Of a stretch of 64,000 bases of DNA, positions 1 through 9,022 are shown piece after piece; position 1 is the first letter of the stretch, and every line of letters begins with the position of its first letter. The DNA lies in contig CAVWHX010000003.1 in NCBI GenBank assembly GCA_963754925.1, positions 416,001-480,000 of the forward strand, read 5' to 3'. A program made the translations under genes and the position numbers. This stretch comes from an uncultured delta proteobacterium. Its GTDB lineage: Bacteria > Myxococcota > B64-G9. A model generated the notes under the pieces. It made no database searches, was not told the DNA's origin, and was given only the letters and a program-made list of their open reading frames with translations.

Positions 1-27
1 TTTGTGACAGGCTAGGCGGACATATTT

Positions 28-444
28 CTATTTTGCGTAATGGAACGCGGGCATCGCCTTGATGGCATCTTTGGTCGCCCCTGCCAGAATAATCTTGCCG
101 CCCTCCATCTTGAATTGATTGACAGGGATTGCCACGTCATGCTTGCCCATGCCCAGGAATCCGCCGGCCGCGATGATCCCATAAGAGACCGCTTTGTCCG
201 GAGCAATGATGATGTCGTACACACTGCCGACCTTCTCTTTCTTTTCGTTATACACGTCGTGCCCCAGAATCTGCTTCTTGGCGCTCCATCCGTTTACCAC
301 GTCCACTAACTCGGCGGCCGCAACGCCAATAACCGTCCCCCCAGCCACCGGTACCGCCTCAGATTGCTGTGCCTCCGCAAATTTCAATCCATAGGTGAAC
401 GACATGACCGCCATAGCAAACATAACCGCCAGAACTTTTTTCAT
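28..444 (-). CDS. PRC-barrel domain protein with signal peptide
   Basis: MKKVLAVMFAMAV signal-like N-terminus; PRC motif WSAKKQILGHDVYNEKKEKVGSVYDIII...GGFLGMGKHDVAIP. Start placed at ATG 444 inside ORF 28..507. Confidence 0.85.
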   Translation of the reverse strand: MKKVLAVMFAMAVMSFTYGLKFAEAQQSEAVPVAGGTVIGVAAAELVDVVNGWSAKKQILGHDVYNEKKEKVGSVYDIIIAPDKAVSYGIIAAGGFLGMGKHDVAIPVNQFKMEGGKIILAGATKDAIKAMPAFHYAK

Positions 445-466
445 TTTCTTTCTCCTTTTACGGTAG

Positions 467-820
467 TTATCTTCCTGCCACTGTGAGTCGGTCCGCAATC
501 GGCTCATCAGAAGCGTCTCCTTCCCTCACTGAGTTAACATTGACGTCGGTTACCATCGGGGGTCCTTCTCTCATTATCCACTCGCGGATATATGCCGGGC
601 AATTCTCGAGCCCAATGCCATTCGCTTCGCAACCAACCAGAAATCTCACCGTGCCTCGATCCACGAGCTTGACCCCTTTCAAATCAAGAACGATGCGGTG
701 GCCTCGTCCTTCGACTTCGAAGAGCCTTTGCAACTCTGCCAGCTCTTCTACCGTGACTCGACCAGCCAGGGTAAAGACCACGACCTCCTCTTTCGTCGAT
801 ATCTGAATTTTCAACGTCAT
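467..820 (-). CDS. Small STAS-like (anti-sigma antagonist fold) protein
   Basis: MTLKIQ...VFTLAGRV...IVLDLKGVKLVDRGTVRFL...NCPAYIREWI resembles stand-alone STAS proteins; start ATG 820 lies downstream of a sigma54 motif. Confidence 0.7.
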   Translation of the reverse strand: MTLKIQISTKEEVVVFTLAGRVTVEELAELQRLFEVEGRGHRIVLDLKGVKLVDRGTVRFLVGCEANGIGLENCPAYIREWIMREGPPMVTDVNVNSVREGDASDEPIADRLTVAGR

Positions 821-872
821 CGATTCTTTCTTGATAACGCTTTCCGTCCCGGTTAAACTTGCAGTGGTATCT

Positions 873-889
873 TGCAATGCGAATGCCAA
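873..889 (-). promoter_or_regulatory. Sigma54 (-24/-12) promoter
   Basis: Minus strand TTGGCATTCGCATTGCA: GG-N10-GC spacing with TGGCA and TTGCA boxes, about 50 nt upstream of the STAS ORF. Confidence 0.7.
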
Positions 890-1188
890 GCGTAAGTCAT
901 CGAAAATACTTGACTGCACAAATTACAAAGTCGCGAGTCTTCGAGAATTAGCGATAGTTCATGAAAAATGATCCGGATTTTCAAGGAGAGGGTATTGCAG
1001 CTGCTATGTTGGTTTGAAGCTATGCATTTTCTAACAACCTCATGCCGCCAGGTATGATGTTTTTTGTCGATAGGGGTTGGGTTGAGTGGAACACTCTGGC
1101 AATATTTAAGATTGAAATGAGAGAGCGAAGTCAATCTGAAAATGCTTACATTTCAATATTGACGTGTTTTGGCGAATAACAGGCTATT

Positions 1189-1944
1189 TCACTGGTCGCG
1201 GTTCAATTCTGTAAAGATTCTCGCGATGATGTCGTTTTCATAGCGGAGATATTTTTCGAGCTCGGCCGCCGAATAATTCATAAGGCTCTTGATACCGGTG
1301 AGCGTGTGGATGGGTACGTTCGCAAATTCCAGCGCCCTCTTATTTGTCGCCTCATCGAGTTGGGCATGCGGCGCAAGCTCATCCGCCAGACCCCAATCCA
1401 GCGCCTCTTGTGCGGTAATGTTTTTATCTGAAAAGAGTATCTCATATGCTTTCCGTTTTCCGACAAGCTGGGAGAGAAAGAACGTTGCTCCTCCTTTGGG
1501 AACGACCCCGTTGCGGAGATATTCCTTCTGAATTACCGCATCGTCGGACATGATCCGGTAGTCGCACGCCAGGCTCAAATTGAAAAACTGTGCGATGATA
1601 GTGCCGCTGTCCACGGCAACGACAAATTTCCTCTGTGAATAAACCTCCATAATAAATCGATTGTAAATGGTGAGCATTCGGTAGAGGTCGAGACTACCGT
1701 CGTTGTGCGAAGCGCGCTGGACGAACTCACGGTACTCTTGACTGTCTTTCTTTTGAGGAGACTTTTTTATTACTATGACTTTGAGCCTGTTATCATCGGT
1801 GCATTCCTTGAATAGTTTTGCCGCCTGATCCACCTCAAATAGAGTGGCTGCGCTGAACAAGGTTTTTCCCTTGACGGAAAAAACGGCTATTTCATCCCGA
1901 TTTTCAAATGAGAACGTTTCGAACTCCTTTAAGTCTTTGCTCAT
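1189..1944 (-). CDS. Enoyl-CoA hydratase/isomerase (crotonase) family protein
   Basis: LSLACDYRI, GVVPKGGATFFLSQLVG, ITAQEALDWGLADE are crotonase-family motifs. Confidence 0.85.
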   Translation of the reverse strand: MSKDLKEFETFSFENRDEIAVFSVKGKTLFSAATLFEVDQAAKLFKECTDDNRLKVIVIKKSPQKKDSQEYREFVQRASHNDGSLDLYRMLTIYNRFIMEVYSQRKFVVAVDSGTIIAQFFNLSLACDYRIMSDDAVIQKEYLRNGVVPKGGATFFLSQLVGKRKAYEILFSDKNITAQEALDWGLADELAPHAQLDEATNKRALEFANVPIHTLTGIKSLMNYSAAELEKYLRYENDIIARIFTELNRDQ

Positions 1945-2049
1945 CGCGATCTCCTTTGAATGTTCTGTTACCACGGTCTATGCACGCTCGTCGATAGGAA
2001 GTTCAATCACGGTTTCTTCACCGCGGCGTTTCGCGTACAATGCGGGAGG

Positions 2050-2974
2050 ATGCTACGGATCGCGCATATATCGGACCTTCACGTCCTGTCGCCGCTGGGC
2101 GCCGAGTGGCGGCGGATATGGTTCAACAAGCGCCTCTTCGGCTACGCCAACGTGGCCCTGCGCCGCCGGCGCGTCTACCGGCGCGAGTATCTCGTTCCCG
2201 TCCTCGCGTCGGCTGCGCTGCATGCGGATCACGTGGTCGTCACCGGCGACCTCACAAACTTTGCGCTCGAGAGCGAGTACGCGGAGGCCCGCCGTCTTCT
2301 CGGGGAGGTGGCGCGCTCGCGGGAAGTGACCGTCGTGCCGGGAAACCACGACCTCTACCTGCCCGAGATCGGTCAAAAGCGGCGCTTCGAACGACAATTT
2401 CAGCCGTTCCTGCACGGGGATCTGCCGGCGCTCGCGGTCGAGGTTCCAGCCGGCCGCTTCCCGCTGGTCAAGCTGCGCGGCCCCGTCGCCTTCATCGCGC
2501 TCTCAAGCGCCGTTCCGCGACCGCCCTTCGTGTCTTCCGGCTGGCTGGGCCGGGCCGCAGCTCCAGGCGCTGCGCGCGGTCTTCGCGCACCCGGCGGTTG
2601 CACGCCGCACTCCGGTGATCCTTGTCCACCACAATCCGCTCGACTCGGCCCCGTGCCTCAGGCGGCTGTACAACGGGCTGGTCGACGCCCGGGCGTTGCA
2701 GGAGGTCCTTGCGCCGATTGCGCGTGGACTCGTCCTCTTCGGTCACCTGCACGTACGCCGACGGAGCCGGCTTACGACGGCGACAGGAACGCTCGAGGTG
2801 GTCTGCGCGAGCGGCGCGAGCATCGAGCATCCCGACGAGCGGATCCGTGCCGGCTTCAACCTCTATACATTGCGGGATGAAGGCGATCTCTCGTCCGCCG
2901 AGGCCTGGGTCCTCGACCCCGAGACCCTCGAACTATGCCGCGGCGAGCTTCCGATCGCGGAGGAGATGCGGTGA
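2050..2974 (+). CDS. Calcineurin-like metallophosphoesterase (one +1 frameshift near 2551-2554)
   Basis: Motifs HISDLH, TGDLTN, PGNHD lie in one frame; LVHH and LFGHLH lie in the next frame (ORF 2615..2974). Removing one G from cggg at 2551-2554 joins them. The stop overlaps the next GTG start. Confidence 0.8.
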
Positions 2975-5559
2975 AATACCGACGTGCACTGCTCGTCACC
3001 GATCGTGACACGCAGCCCGGTCCTAGTATCGCAGCGCTGCGCAGCGTTGCGCCCGTGCTCGAGCGTCTCCTCGTCATCGTCAGGATTCGCGGTCTCGAGG
3101 AATGGCTGTCGAGTGAGTCAGGGGGCAATCCTGACACGGCGGCGCTTGCAACTTTGGAAGCATGGCGGGCGGCGTGCGGGGCGATGGCCGCGAGCAGCGA
3201 GGTGCGCCCCGCGCCCGAGCTCTCGGTTGAAGCGGTCGCGGACCTCGCGCTCGGAGAGGACGCTGATCTACTCGTGGCCGGCGCGCGGTCGCTTGAGTGC
3301 GCGCGGCTCGTGACCGGGGTTGGCAGGAACATTGCGGTCGCGGTCCTATGGCCGGGGGGCGACGCGCGCACCACACCCGTCCGCCGCGTCTTCTGCGCCG
3401 CGATCGGGCGGCGTTCGCTCGCGTCCATAGCCGAGTTCGCCCGCGCGCACGCCGAGAGCACGGTCGAGCTGGCAGTGGCCGGACCGGCAATTATGCCCGC
3501 GGACGAGCTCGCCGGGATTCTGCGGGTGGCCGGCATCCAGGGCCGTGTGACGCTGATCCCGAAGGGCGCGCTTCCGCTCAGCTCCGCGCTGGAGGCCGCG
3601 GCACGGAGCGGTTCGGTCGACCTCATCGCGCTGGCGCGCATCCCCGCGCTCCTGCTCTTCGGCTACCGCTGGCCGGCGCCCGTATTGCTGGTCCCCTGGG
3701 CGGGCGCGAGCCGACCCCGCGCACGCACGCTCGACATTACCGACATCGTCGAAACCCATGGGGTGATCCGCGCCCGCGTGGACGAGGTGACCTCGATCGG
3801 CACGCTCGCGCCGGCTGCCGACACAGAGCTCGCGTTTATCTCCGAGGGGCATGTAGCCGCGAGAGCGATCTCCTCGGCCGCGGGCGAGATCGTTCTCCCG
3901 GCGGGAGTCGGAGCGGCCTGGCTCGGCGCCGTGCGTGTCGTAGACGATGCGCCGCCGGACCCACTCACCGCAGCCGAGCAGCGGTCCATGGTACTTCGTC
4001 CGGGGAAGTGTCCGGCCCTTCTCTTCGACGCCGACTTGCCGGACCCGCTGCTAGCGAAGCTCGTTCGGGTAGCGCGCGCCGGCGACTGCCTGATCGCCGT
4101 GCGGTTACGCCCAACTCGCCGCACTGTGTCCATCAGACGGCGGCTGAAGGCGGCCGGCCTCATGGCTCATATCATCGACGCCCGCGCGGTGCTGGACGAG
4201 GGGGACGCTTTCGACGTCGCCGAGGCAAACGATCCGGTGCGACTGCGCCGGGTGGCGGCGCGCCTCTGCCGCGCCGGGTTCCGCATCGCGGCCGTGTTCC
4301 ACCGGGAATGCCATGATCCCGAGCCGCCCGCGGAGGCGCCGACGACGCTGGTCGCGGGCAACCGCGTCGAGGTCGAGATCGACAATGCCGAGGCGCGATC
4401 GTGGCTCGTCGACGAGATCGCGCGCAGCCGCGAGTCGGTCAGCTTGCAGGTCTACATGGTTACTGACGACGAGGTCGGCAGATTGATCGAGGCCGCCCTG
4501 GCCGCTGCGGGGTTGCGAGGCGTACGGGTCCGCGTGCTCGTCGACTCACTGCGCGCTCAGCACGGCTCCTTCGGTGCCGAGAACCCGCTTCTGGCGCGAC
4601 TGGCGGCGCGGCCAGGCGTAGAACTCCGGGTCTCGCGGCCGCTCACGAGCCTGCCTTCGATCGCGGACGTCAAGCTGCGTGACCATCGTAAGCTCGTGAT
4701 CGTCGACGGCCGGGTCGCGCTTGTGGGCGGCCGTAACCTGGCGCAGGAGTATTACACCGGCTTCGCCGAAGCCCGACTCACGACCGCGACGACATGGCGC
4801 CAGGTGCCGTGGCTCGACGCCGGGGCGCGGATCGAAGGGCCGGCGGTCGGCGCGATCGCGGAGTCCTTCCTCGAGTCCTGGACCGATGCCGGCGGCGCGC
4901 CGTTCGCGATCGCGCTGCCTGAGCCGTGCGGATCGGCGGCCGCGCGCGTCGTCGTACACCGGGGGTTGCGCGACGCCCACACCCTGGAGGCCTATCTCGA
5001 TCTCGTCGAGCGCGCGCAGTCGCACATCTATGCCTTGAACGGATTCCCGTTGCTACTGGAGCTGCAGCACGCTCTGGTGCGAGCAGTCCGACGCGGCGTG
5101 CGCGTTCGCGTACTCGTCGGCCACGTCGCGCCGATCTATAGCGGCACGCCGTTCGGCGGGCCGTGGATCCACGCGCGCAGCATCGCCACGGACATGGTGC
5201 ACTCGCGCCTCGACCCCATTGTCGATGCGGGAGGCGAGGTCTACCTGTTCGCGCGATGCGGGGAGCCGGGCTGGGACGCAGCGCTCGGGGTCGTCTACCC
5301 GTACGTCCATGGGAAGGCGATGAGCGCAGACGGCCTACGCTGCACGGTCGGCAGCGCCAACATGGACGTGACCTCTTCCTACTGGGAGAGCGAGCTGATG
5401 ATGGTCGTCGAGGATGCCTTCATCGCGCGACGTCTCGAAGGTACGCTAGATGAACTGTTCGCCGCCTCAACATTGGTGAGTCGGGACGACCCGACCTGGC
5501 GCGAACGCGCCAAACGGCGGAGCTGGATGCGCCGGTGGCCGGGTGTGCTCAGCGCTTGA
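2971..5559 (+). CDS. Phospholipase D / cardiolipin synthase-like protein with large N-terminal extension
   Basis: Two HKD motifs (DHRKLVIVDG..GGRN; VHGKAMSADG..GSANMD) in the C-terminal ~400 aa; GTGA overlap with the upstream stop. Confidence 0.85.
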   Translation: MKYRRALLVTDRDTQPGPSIAALRSVAPVLERLLVIVRIRGLEEWLSSESGGNPDTAALATLEAWRAACGAMAASSEVRPAPELSVEAVADLALGEDADLLVAGARSLECARLVTGVGRNIAVAVLWPGGDARTTPVRRVFCAAIGRRSLASIAEFARAHAESTVELAVAGPAIMPADELAGILRVAGIQGRVTLIPKGALPLSSALEAAARSGSVDLIALARIPALLLFGYRWPAPVLLVPWAGASRPRARTLDITDIVETHGVIRARVDEVTSIGTLAPAADTELAFISEGHVAARAISSAAGEIVLPAGVGAAWLGAVRVVDDAPPDPLTAAEQRSMVLRPGKCPALLFDADLPDPLLAKLVRVARAGDCLIAVRLRPTRRTVSIRRRLKAAGLMAHIIDARAVLDEGDAFDVAEANDPVRLRRVAARLCRAGFRIAAVFHRECHDPEPPAEAPTTLVAGNRVEVEIDNAEARSWLVDEIARSRESVSLQVYMVTDDEVGRLIEAALAAAGLRGVRVRVLVDSLRAQHGSFGAENPLLARLAARPGVELRVSRPLTSLPSIADVKLRDHRKLVIVDGRVALVGGRNLAQEYYTGFAEARLTTATTWRQVPWLDAGARIEGPAVGAIAESFLESWTDAGGAPFAIALPEPCGSAAARVVVHRGLRDAHTLEAYLDLVERAQSHIYALNGFPLLLELQHALVRAVRRGVRVRVLVGHVAPIYSGTPFGGPWIHARSIATDMVHSRLDPIVDAGGEVYLFARCGEPGWDAALGVVYPYVHGKAMSADGLRCTVGSANMDVTSSYWESELMMVVEDAFIARRLEGTLDELFAASTLVSRDDPTWRERAKRRSWMRRWPGVLSA

Positions 5560-5830
5560 GAAGGGTTAGGCGCTGCGTCCTCTCCACCACGCAGATGGGC
5601 GTCCCGTTGAGGGTAATGATATGAGATACAGAAGAGCGAAAAAAGAGTTGAAAAAAGATGTCAAAAGACTATTTTTATCGGCACAAAGGGCCATACAGAA
5701 CCAAAGCGGGCAACAAACCATAGCGTTCCACAGGTGGTTGTTGAATTGCGGTATTAGAAAAACCTTCAATCACGGAGCTAGACAGAAATTATAGAATTAC
5801 TTGTTAGGCGGCTTCGACGAGGAGGTTTAG

Positions 5831-6202
5831 ATGCCCACGAATATCAAGATTATCCACACTCAAGACTTCATTCGGGCCAAGCCGGATGGGGTCCTGGACC
5901 TCACGGCAAGCCGCAATCTCCTGAAGGACCTGGTTACCGAGTCCGAAACGGCCGGTAAGTACCATGTCCTCGTCGACACCCGGGGGGCCGATGTCCGCCT
6001 TTCCACGACTGATATCTTCGATCTCGGGGTCGCAGTCGCTGCGGCCTCCGCACGCGACAAAGTTGCCCTTCTGGTTCCCCCTGGGGAGCAGGTCAATGCA
6101 AGTTTCTTAGAGACCGTCAGTTACAATAGAGGAGCAAACCTCAGAGCCTTTACCGACTTCGAAACAGCCATCACATGGCTCATTATGAAAGAACAACCCT
6201 GA
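5831..6202 (+). CDS. Hypothetical SpoIIAA/STAS-like protein
   Basis: GAGGAGG RBS; VLVDTR...KVALLV...FLETV..NRG...RAFTDFETAITWL pattern. Confidence 0.7.
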   Translation: MPTNIKIIHTQDFIRAKPDGVLDLTASRNLLKDLVTESETAGKYHVLVDTRGADVRLSTTDIFDLGVAVAAASARDKVALLVPPGEQVNASFLETVSYNRGANLRAFTDFETAITWLIMKEQP

Positions 6203-6365
6203 GCGTGGTCCCTCCTATGGTTCGGCAAAACTCGTCCATATTGAAATATAAGCATTTTCTGATTGCCCTGGTTTCCCCCGGTGCCTCACCCAAAATTTAT
6301 TACGAGGGCAACCGAGCATTCCAAGACAAGATCAAGAACCCCAAAAGCATCCGATACTCGCCAAC

Positions 6366-6473
6366 AGGCGCTATGCGCATCTCGCACCCGAAATCAGCAG
6401 AGACGCGGTCGAAAAACTGGACCAAGCGGATAAGTTTTTGGTCAACAGTTGGTCATATGAGCAGGTGGCTTGA
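6366..6473 (+). pseudogene. C-terminal remnant of a tyrosine integrase
   Basis: Reads RRYAHLAPEISRDAVEKLD...*, the catalytic-Tyr segment (RYAHL) of phage integrases, ending about 30 bp from the tmRNA 3' end. Confidence 0.65.
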
Positions 6474-6505
6474 TAGAACTCTTTGTAACTACTGAGCTAA
6501 AAATA

Positions 6506-6849
6506 TGGAGGCGGAGGGAATCGAACCCTCGTCCGAAAGTGATCCAACCAGCACCACTACATGCTTAGCCCGTGGTCAATTTAGCAGTCGTAAAAGCCCA
6601 CAGACAAGCTCTTACGGCCGCGATCCCGAATGAATTTCGCCGCACCGCGTTCGGGCAACTTGGTTTGGCTATCCCGCGCAATGACGCCCGATTCTGCCCT
6701 TGCAGGAGGAAGACAGGCGGACGTGGCTGACTTAAGCAGCCAATGCCAATGGTTCGTTGGCAGTTTTCAGTTCCCCATTTTTAACGAGGTTTGGGGGTCC
6801 CCGGCATGCGGCCTGGCATTCACACCCCCGTGGAAACCAGGTCGCCCCC
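6506..6849 (-). ncRNA. ssrA: tmRNA, tag (A)ANEPLALAA at 6732-6761
   Basis: 5' GGGGGCG pairs with 3' CGCCTCC-A giving a G3:U pair; T-arm GAGGGTTCGATTCCCTC; internal ORF gcc aac gaa cca ttg gca ttg gct gct taa. Confidence 0.97.
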
Positions 6850-7039
6850 ATGGTTTTTCGAAGGGACGGTGAAGCCGTCCACACCACGCTATTTCAAAGA
6901 ACATCTTAACTATATGCACCGACACCTAAAAAAGCAACCGGATTCTTGTGGTCAAAACCGATCGATACGACCTATCTTGATCTTTGTCGCGGGATGATCT
7001 AACACCGTTTCAGGTCCCTCGGACGAGAAGGAGAGTTAT

Positions 7040-7579
7040 ATGCTCGAACCTGGAAAATCAATGCTCATCATAATCGACGTTCAGGAGAAGCTCCTTCGCG
7101 TGATGTACGAACGCGAAGCGTTGCTTCGAAAATTGCTGCAGATGGTTCAAGGGGCGCGCGAGCTCGGATTGCCGATCGTTTGGTCTGAGCAATACCCCGA
7201 GGGCATGGGTACAACGGTGCCTGAAGTGACCGAGCTCCTTTCCGGTCTGCATCCGATTGCCAAGCGAACGTTTAGCTGCTGCGCCCACCCGCCCCTGCTC
7301 GATGCCATACGGAAACCCGGCCGCACGCAAGCCGTACTCGTCGGGATTGAGTCCCACGTCTGTGTTTATCAAACCGCTATCGATTTACTGGCGCGCGGTT
7401 TTGAGGTCGAGGTCGTGGCGGATTGCGTCTCCTCGCGCAGCGCCGAGAATCGCCAGATCGGCATCGACCGCATACGGCAAGCCGGCGGGCGGGTCACCAG
7501 TGTTGAAATGGCCATTTTCGAAATGCTCCATGCCGCCGAAGGACCGCACTTTAAACCTCTTCTTAAAATGGTTAAATGA
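7040..7579 (+). CDS. Isochorismatase-family cysteine hydrolase
   Basis: IIIDVQEKL, SEQYPEGMG, K.TFSCC, GIESHVCVYQT motifs; AAGGAG RBS. Confidence 0.92.
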   Translation: MLEPGKSMLIIIDVQEKLLRVMYEREALLRKLLQMVQGARELGLPIVWSEQYPEGMGTTVPEVTELLSGLHPIAKRTFSCCAHPPLLDAIRKPGRTQAVLVGIESHVCVYQTAIDLLARGFEVEVVADCVSSRSAENRQIGIDRIRQAGGRVTSVEMAIFEMLHAAEGPHFKPLLKMVK

Positions 7580-7695
7580 GACCATACTAACCGACGTCCG
7601 ATGTTTTATTCGTTGCATTGACATGCACTGTCCAGGGAGTATACACAATGGTTTTATTCCAAAGCCCGCGGAAACATGAGTTGGAGTAACGGCTC

Positions 7696-8481
7696 GTGCC
7701 AGAACGTGGTTACTACGACGATCCCGAGCGCTATGAGGCAGAGGTAGCGCCCTTTCATGCGGATCTGAACTGGTATCTCAAGCGGGTGCGGGAGCTGGGA
7801 CAGCCGGTCCTTGAACTGGGCTGCGGGACGGGGCGATTGTTGTTTTTGCTCGCCGCCAATGGAATCGAAATCGACGGCCTTGACAACTCGGTTCCCATGC
7901 TCGCGCGTGCTAAAACCCGCGCCCTGCTGCTGGGGCCAACCATCTCCAATCGAGTGAGCCTCTACCAAAAAGACATGCGCAGCTTCGCCGTGCGCCGCCG
8001 CTATCGCGTCGTGCTCGCCCCCTTCAATATGTTGATGCATCTTCATACCGACGAGGACTTCCTCGCCTGCTTGCGCTGTATCAGGCGGCACCTCGAAGAG
8101 GATGGTAGGTTAATTTTTGATGTCAGCAACCCGCAGCAGGCCCTGCTGGACGCCATTGGAGAGCAACAGCCCGCCGAACAGCGATCAATTCGGATACGGG
8201 GGCTTTCGTATCTTCAACGTGAACGCTACCTCTATAATCCTTCTACCGGTTTGAGCGTGACTACCTACACCTTCGAGCCGGAAGGCCACGACGAGGCCGC
8301 CGTTACCACCTCATTGAGTCTGCGTATGTATACCCCTCTCCATGTGGCGCACCTTCTTCAGTCGGGAGGTTTCAAGATCATCAATCGCTATGGAGACTTC
8401 TCCAACAATCCGTTGAGCGAATCAAGTGTGGTCCAGGTCGTTGAGGCCAAATACGCGCCTTCCAACCATCGCTCATCATGA
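7696..8481 (+). CDS. Class I SAM-dependent methyltransferase
   Basis: VLELGCGTGR motif I, GLDNS..ML, DMRSF. Confidence 0.9.
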   Translation: MPERGYYDDPERYEAEVAPFHADLNWYLKRVRELGQPVLELGCGTGRLLFLLAANGIEIDGLDNSVPMLARAKTRALLLGPTISNRVSLYQKDMRSFAVRRRYRVVLAPFNMLMHLHTDEDFLACLRCIRRHLEEDGRLIFDVSNPQQALLDAIGEQQPAEQRSIRIRGLSYLQRERYLYNPSTGLSVTTYTFEPEGHDEAAVTTSLSLRMYTPLHVAHLLQSGGFKIINRYGDFSNNPLSESSVVQVVEAKYAPSNHRSS

Positions 8482-8658
8482 TATCCATTAAGTACCGGCA
8501 ACGGTGTGCTCTTTTTACTGGAAAGTCAATTCGTTAAGTATGCGCCGAGTGCTTGCTTTGCCGCCGTCGTTGGGGTTGACAATTGACCGTAGGAATGGTA
8601 CCAACCCTTGCCGTTGTATGCCAAAGGATTAAGGGTCGACTGTTCTTTTATACTCTTT

Positions 8659-8731
8659 GGTGAGTGTAGCTCAACGGTAGAGCACTGGACTGTGGATCCA
8701 GTCGTTGGGGGTTCGATTCCCCTCACTCACC
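8659..8731 (+). tRNA. tRNA-His (GTG), with G-1
   Basis: G-GTGAGTG...CACTCAC-C acceptor; anticodon arm ctgga CT GTG GA tccag; GGTTCGATTCC T-arm. Confidence 0.95.
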
Positions 8732-8738
8732 CTGATGC

Positions 8739-8811
8739 GGGTCGTTAGCTCAGCTGGTAGAGCAGCGGACTCTTAATCCGCGGGCCAAAGGTTCGATTCC
8801 TTTACGACCCA
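8739..8811 (+). tRNA. tRNA-Lys (CTT)
   Basis: GGGTCGT...ACGACCC-A; anticodon arm gcgga CT CTT AA tccgc. Confidence 0.95.
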
Positions 8812-8816
8812 TTGTT

Positions 8817-8890
8817 GCGCCCGTAGCTCACCTGGATAGAGCGTCGGACTTCGAATCCGAAGGCAGCAGGTTCGAGCCCTGCCGGGCGCG
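8817..8890 (+). tRNA. tRNA-Arg (TCG)
   Basis: GCGCCCG...CGGGCGC-G; anticodon arm tcgga CT TCG AA tccga. Confidence 0.95.
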
Positions 8891-9022
8891 TAACAAAAAA
8901 CACCGGTACGCAGACCACCCATGACACGGGAACTCGTCGTGGTGTGAGAACGCCCTGAACTATTCAATGCTCAGTACACCCCATTCATCGATTGACGCAC
9001 GCTGAACCCGCGACGTCTGCGC

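Noticed and set aside
1960..2880. 306-aa ORF as a single protein with a novel C-terminus
   Set aside because: The C-terminal part is out-of-frame read-through; the true phosphoesterase motifs continue in ORF 2615..2974.
2856..5453. Many long overlapping ORFs on both strands inside the PLD gene
   Set aside because: Shadow ORFs expected in GC-rich DNA; Arg/Ala/Pro-rich with no motifs.
6175..6997. ORFs 6175..6495, 6630..6872, 6791..6997
   Set aside because: They overlap the integrase remnant (other frame) or the tmRNA; no coding signals.
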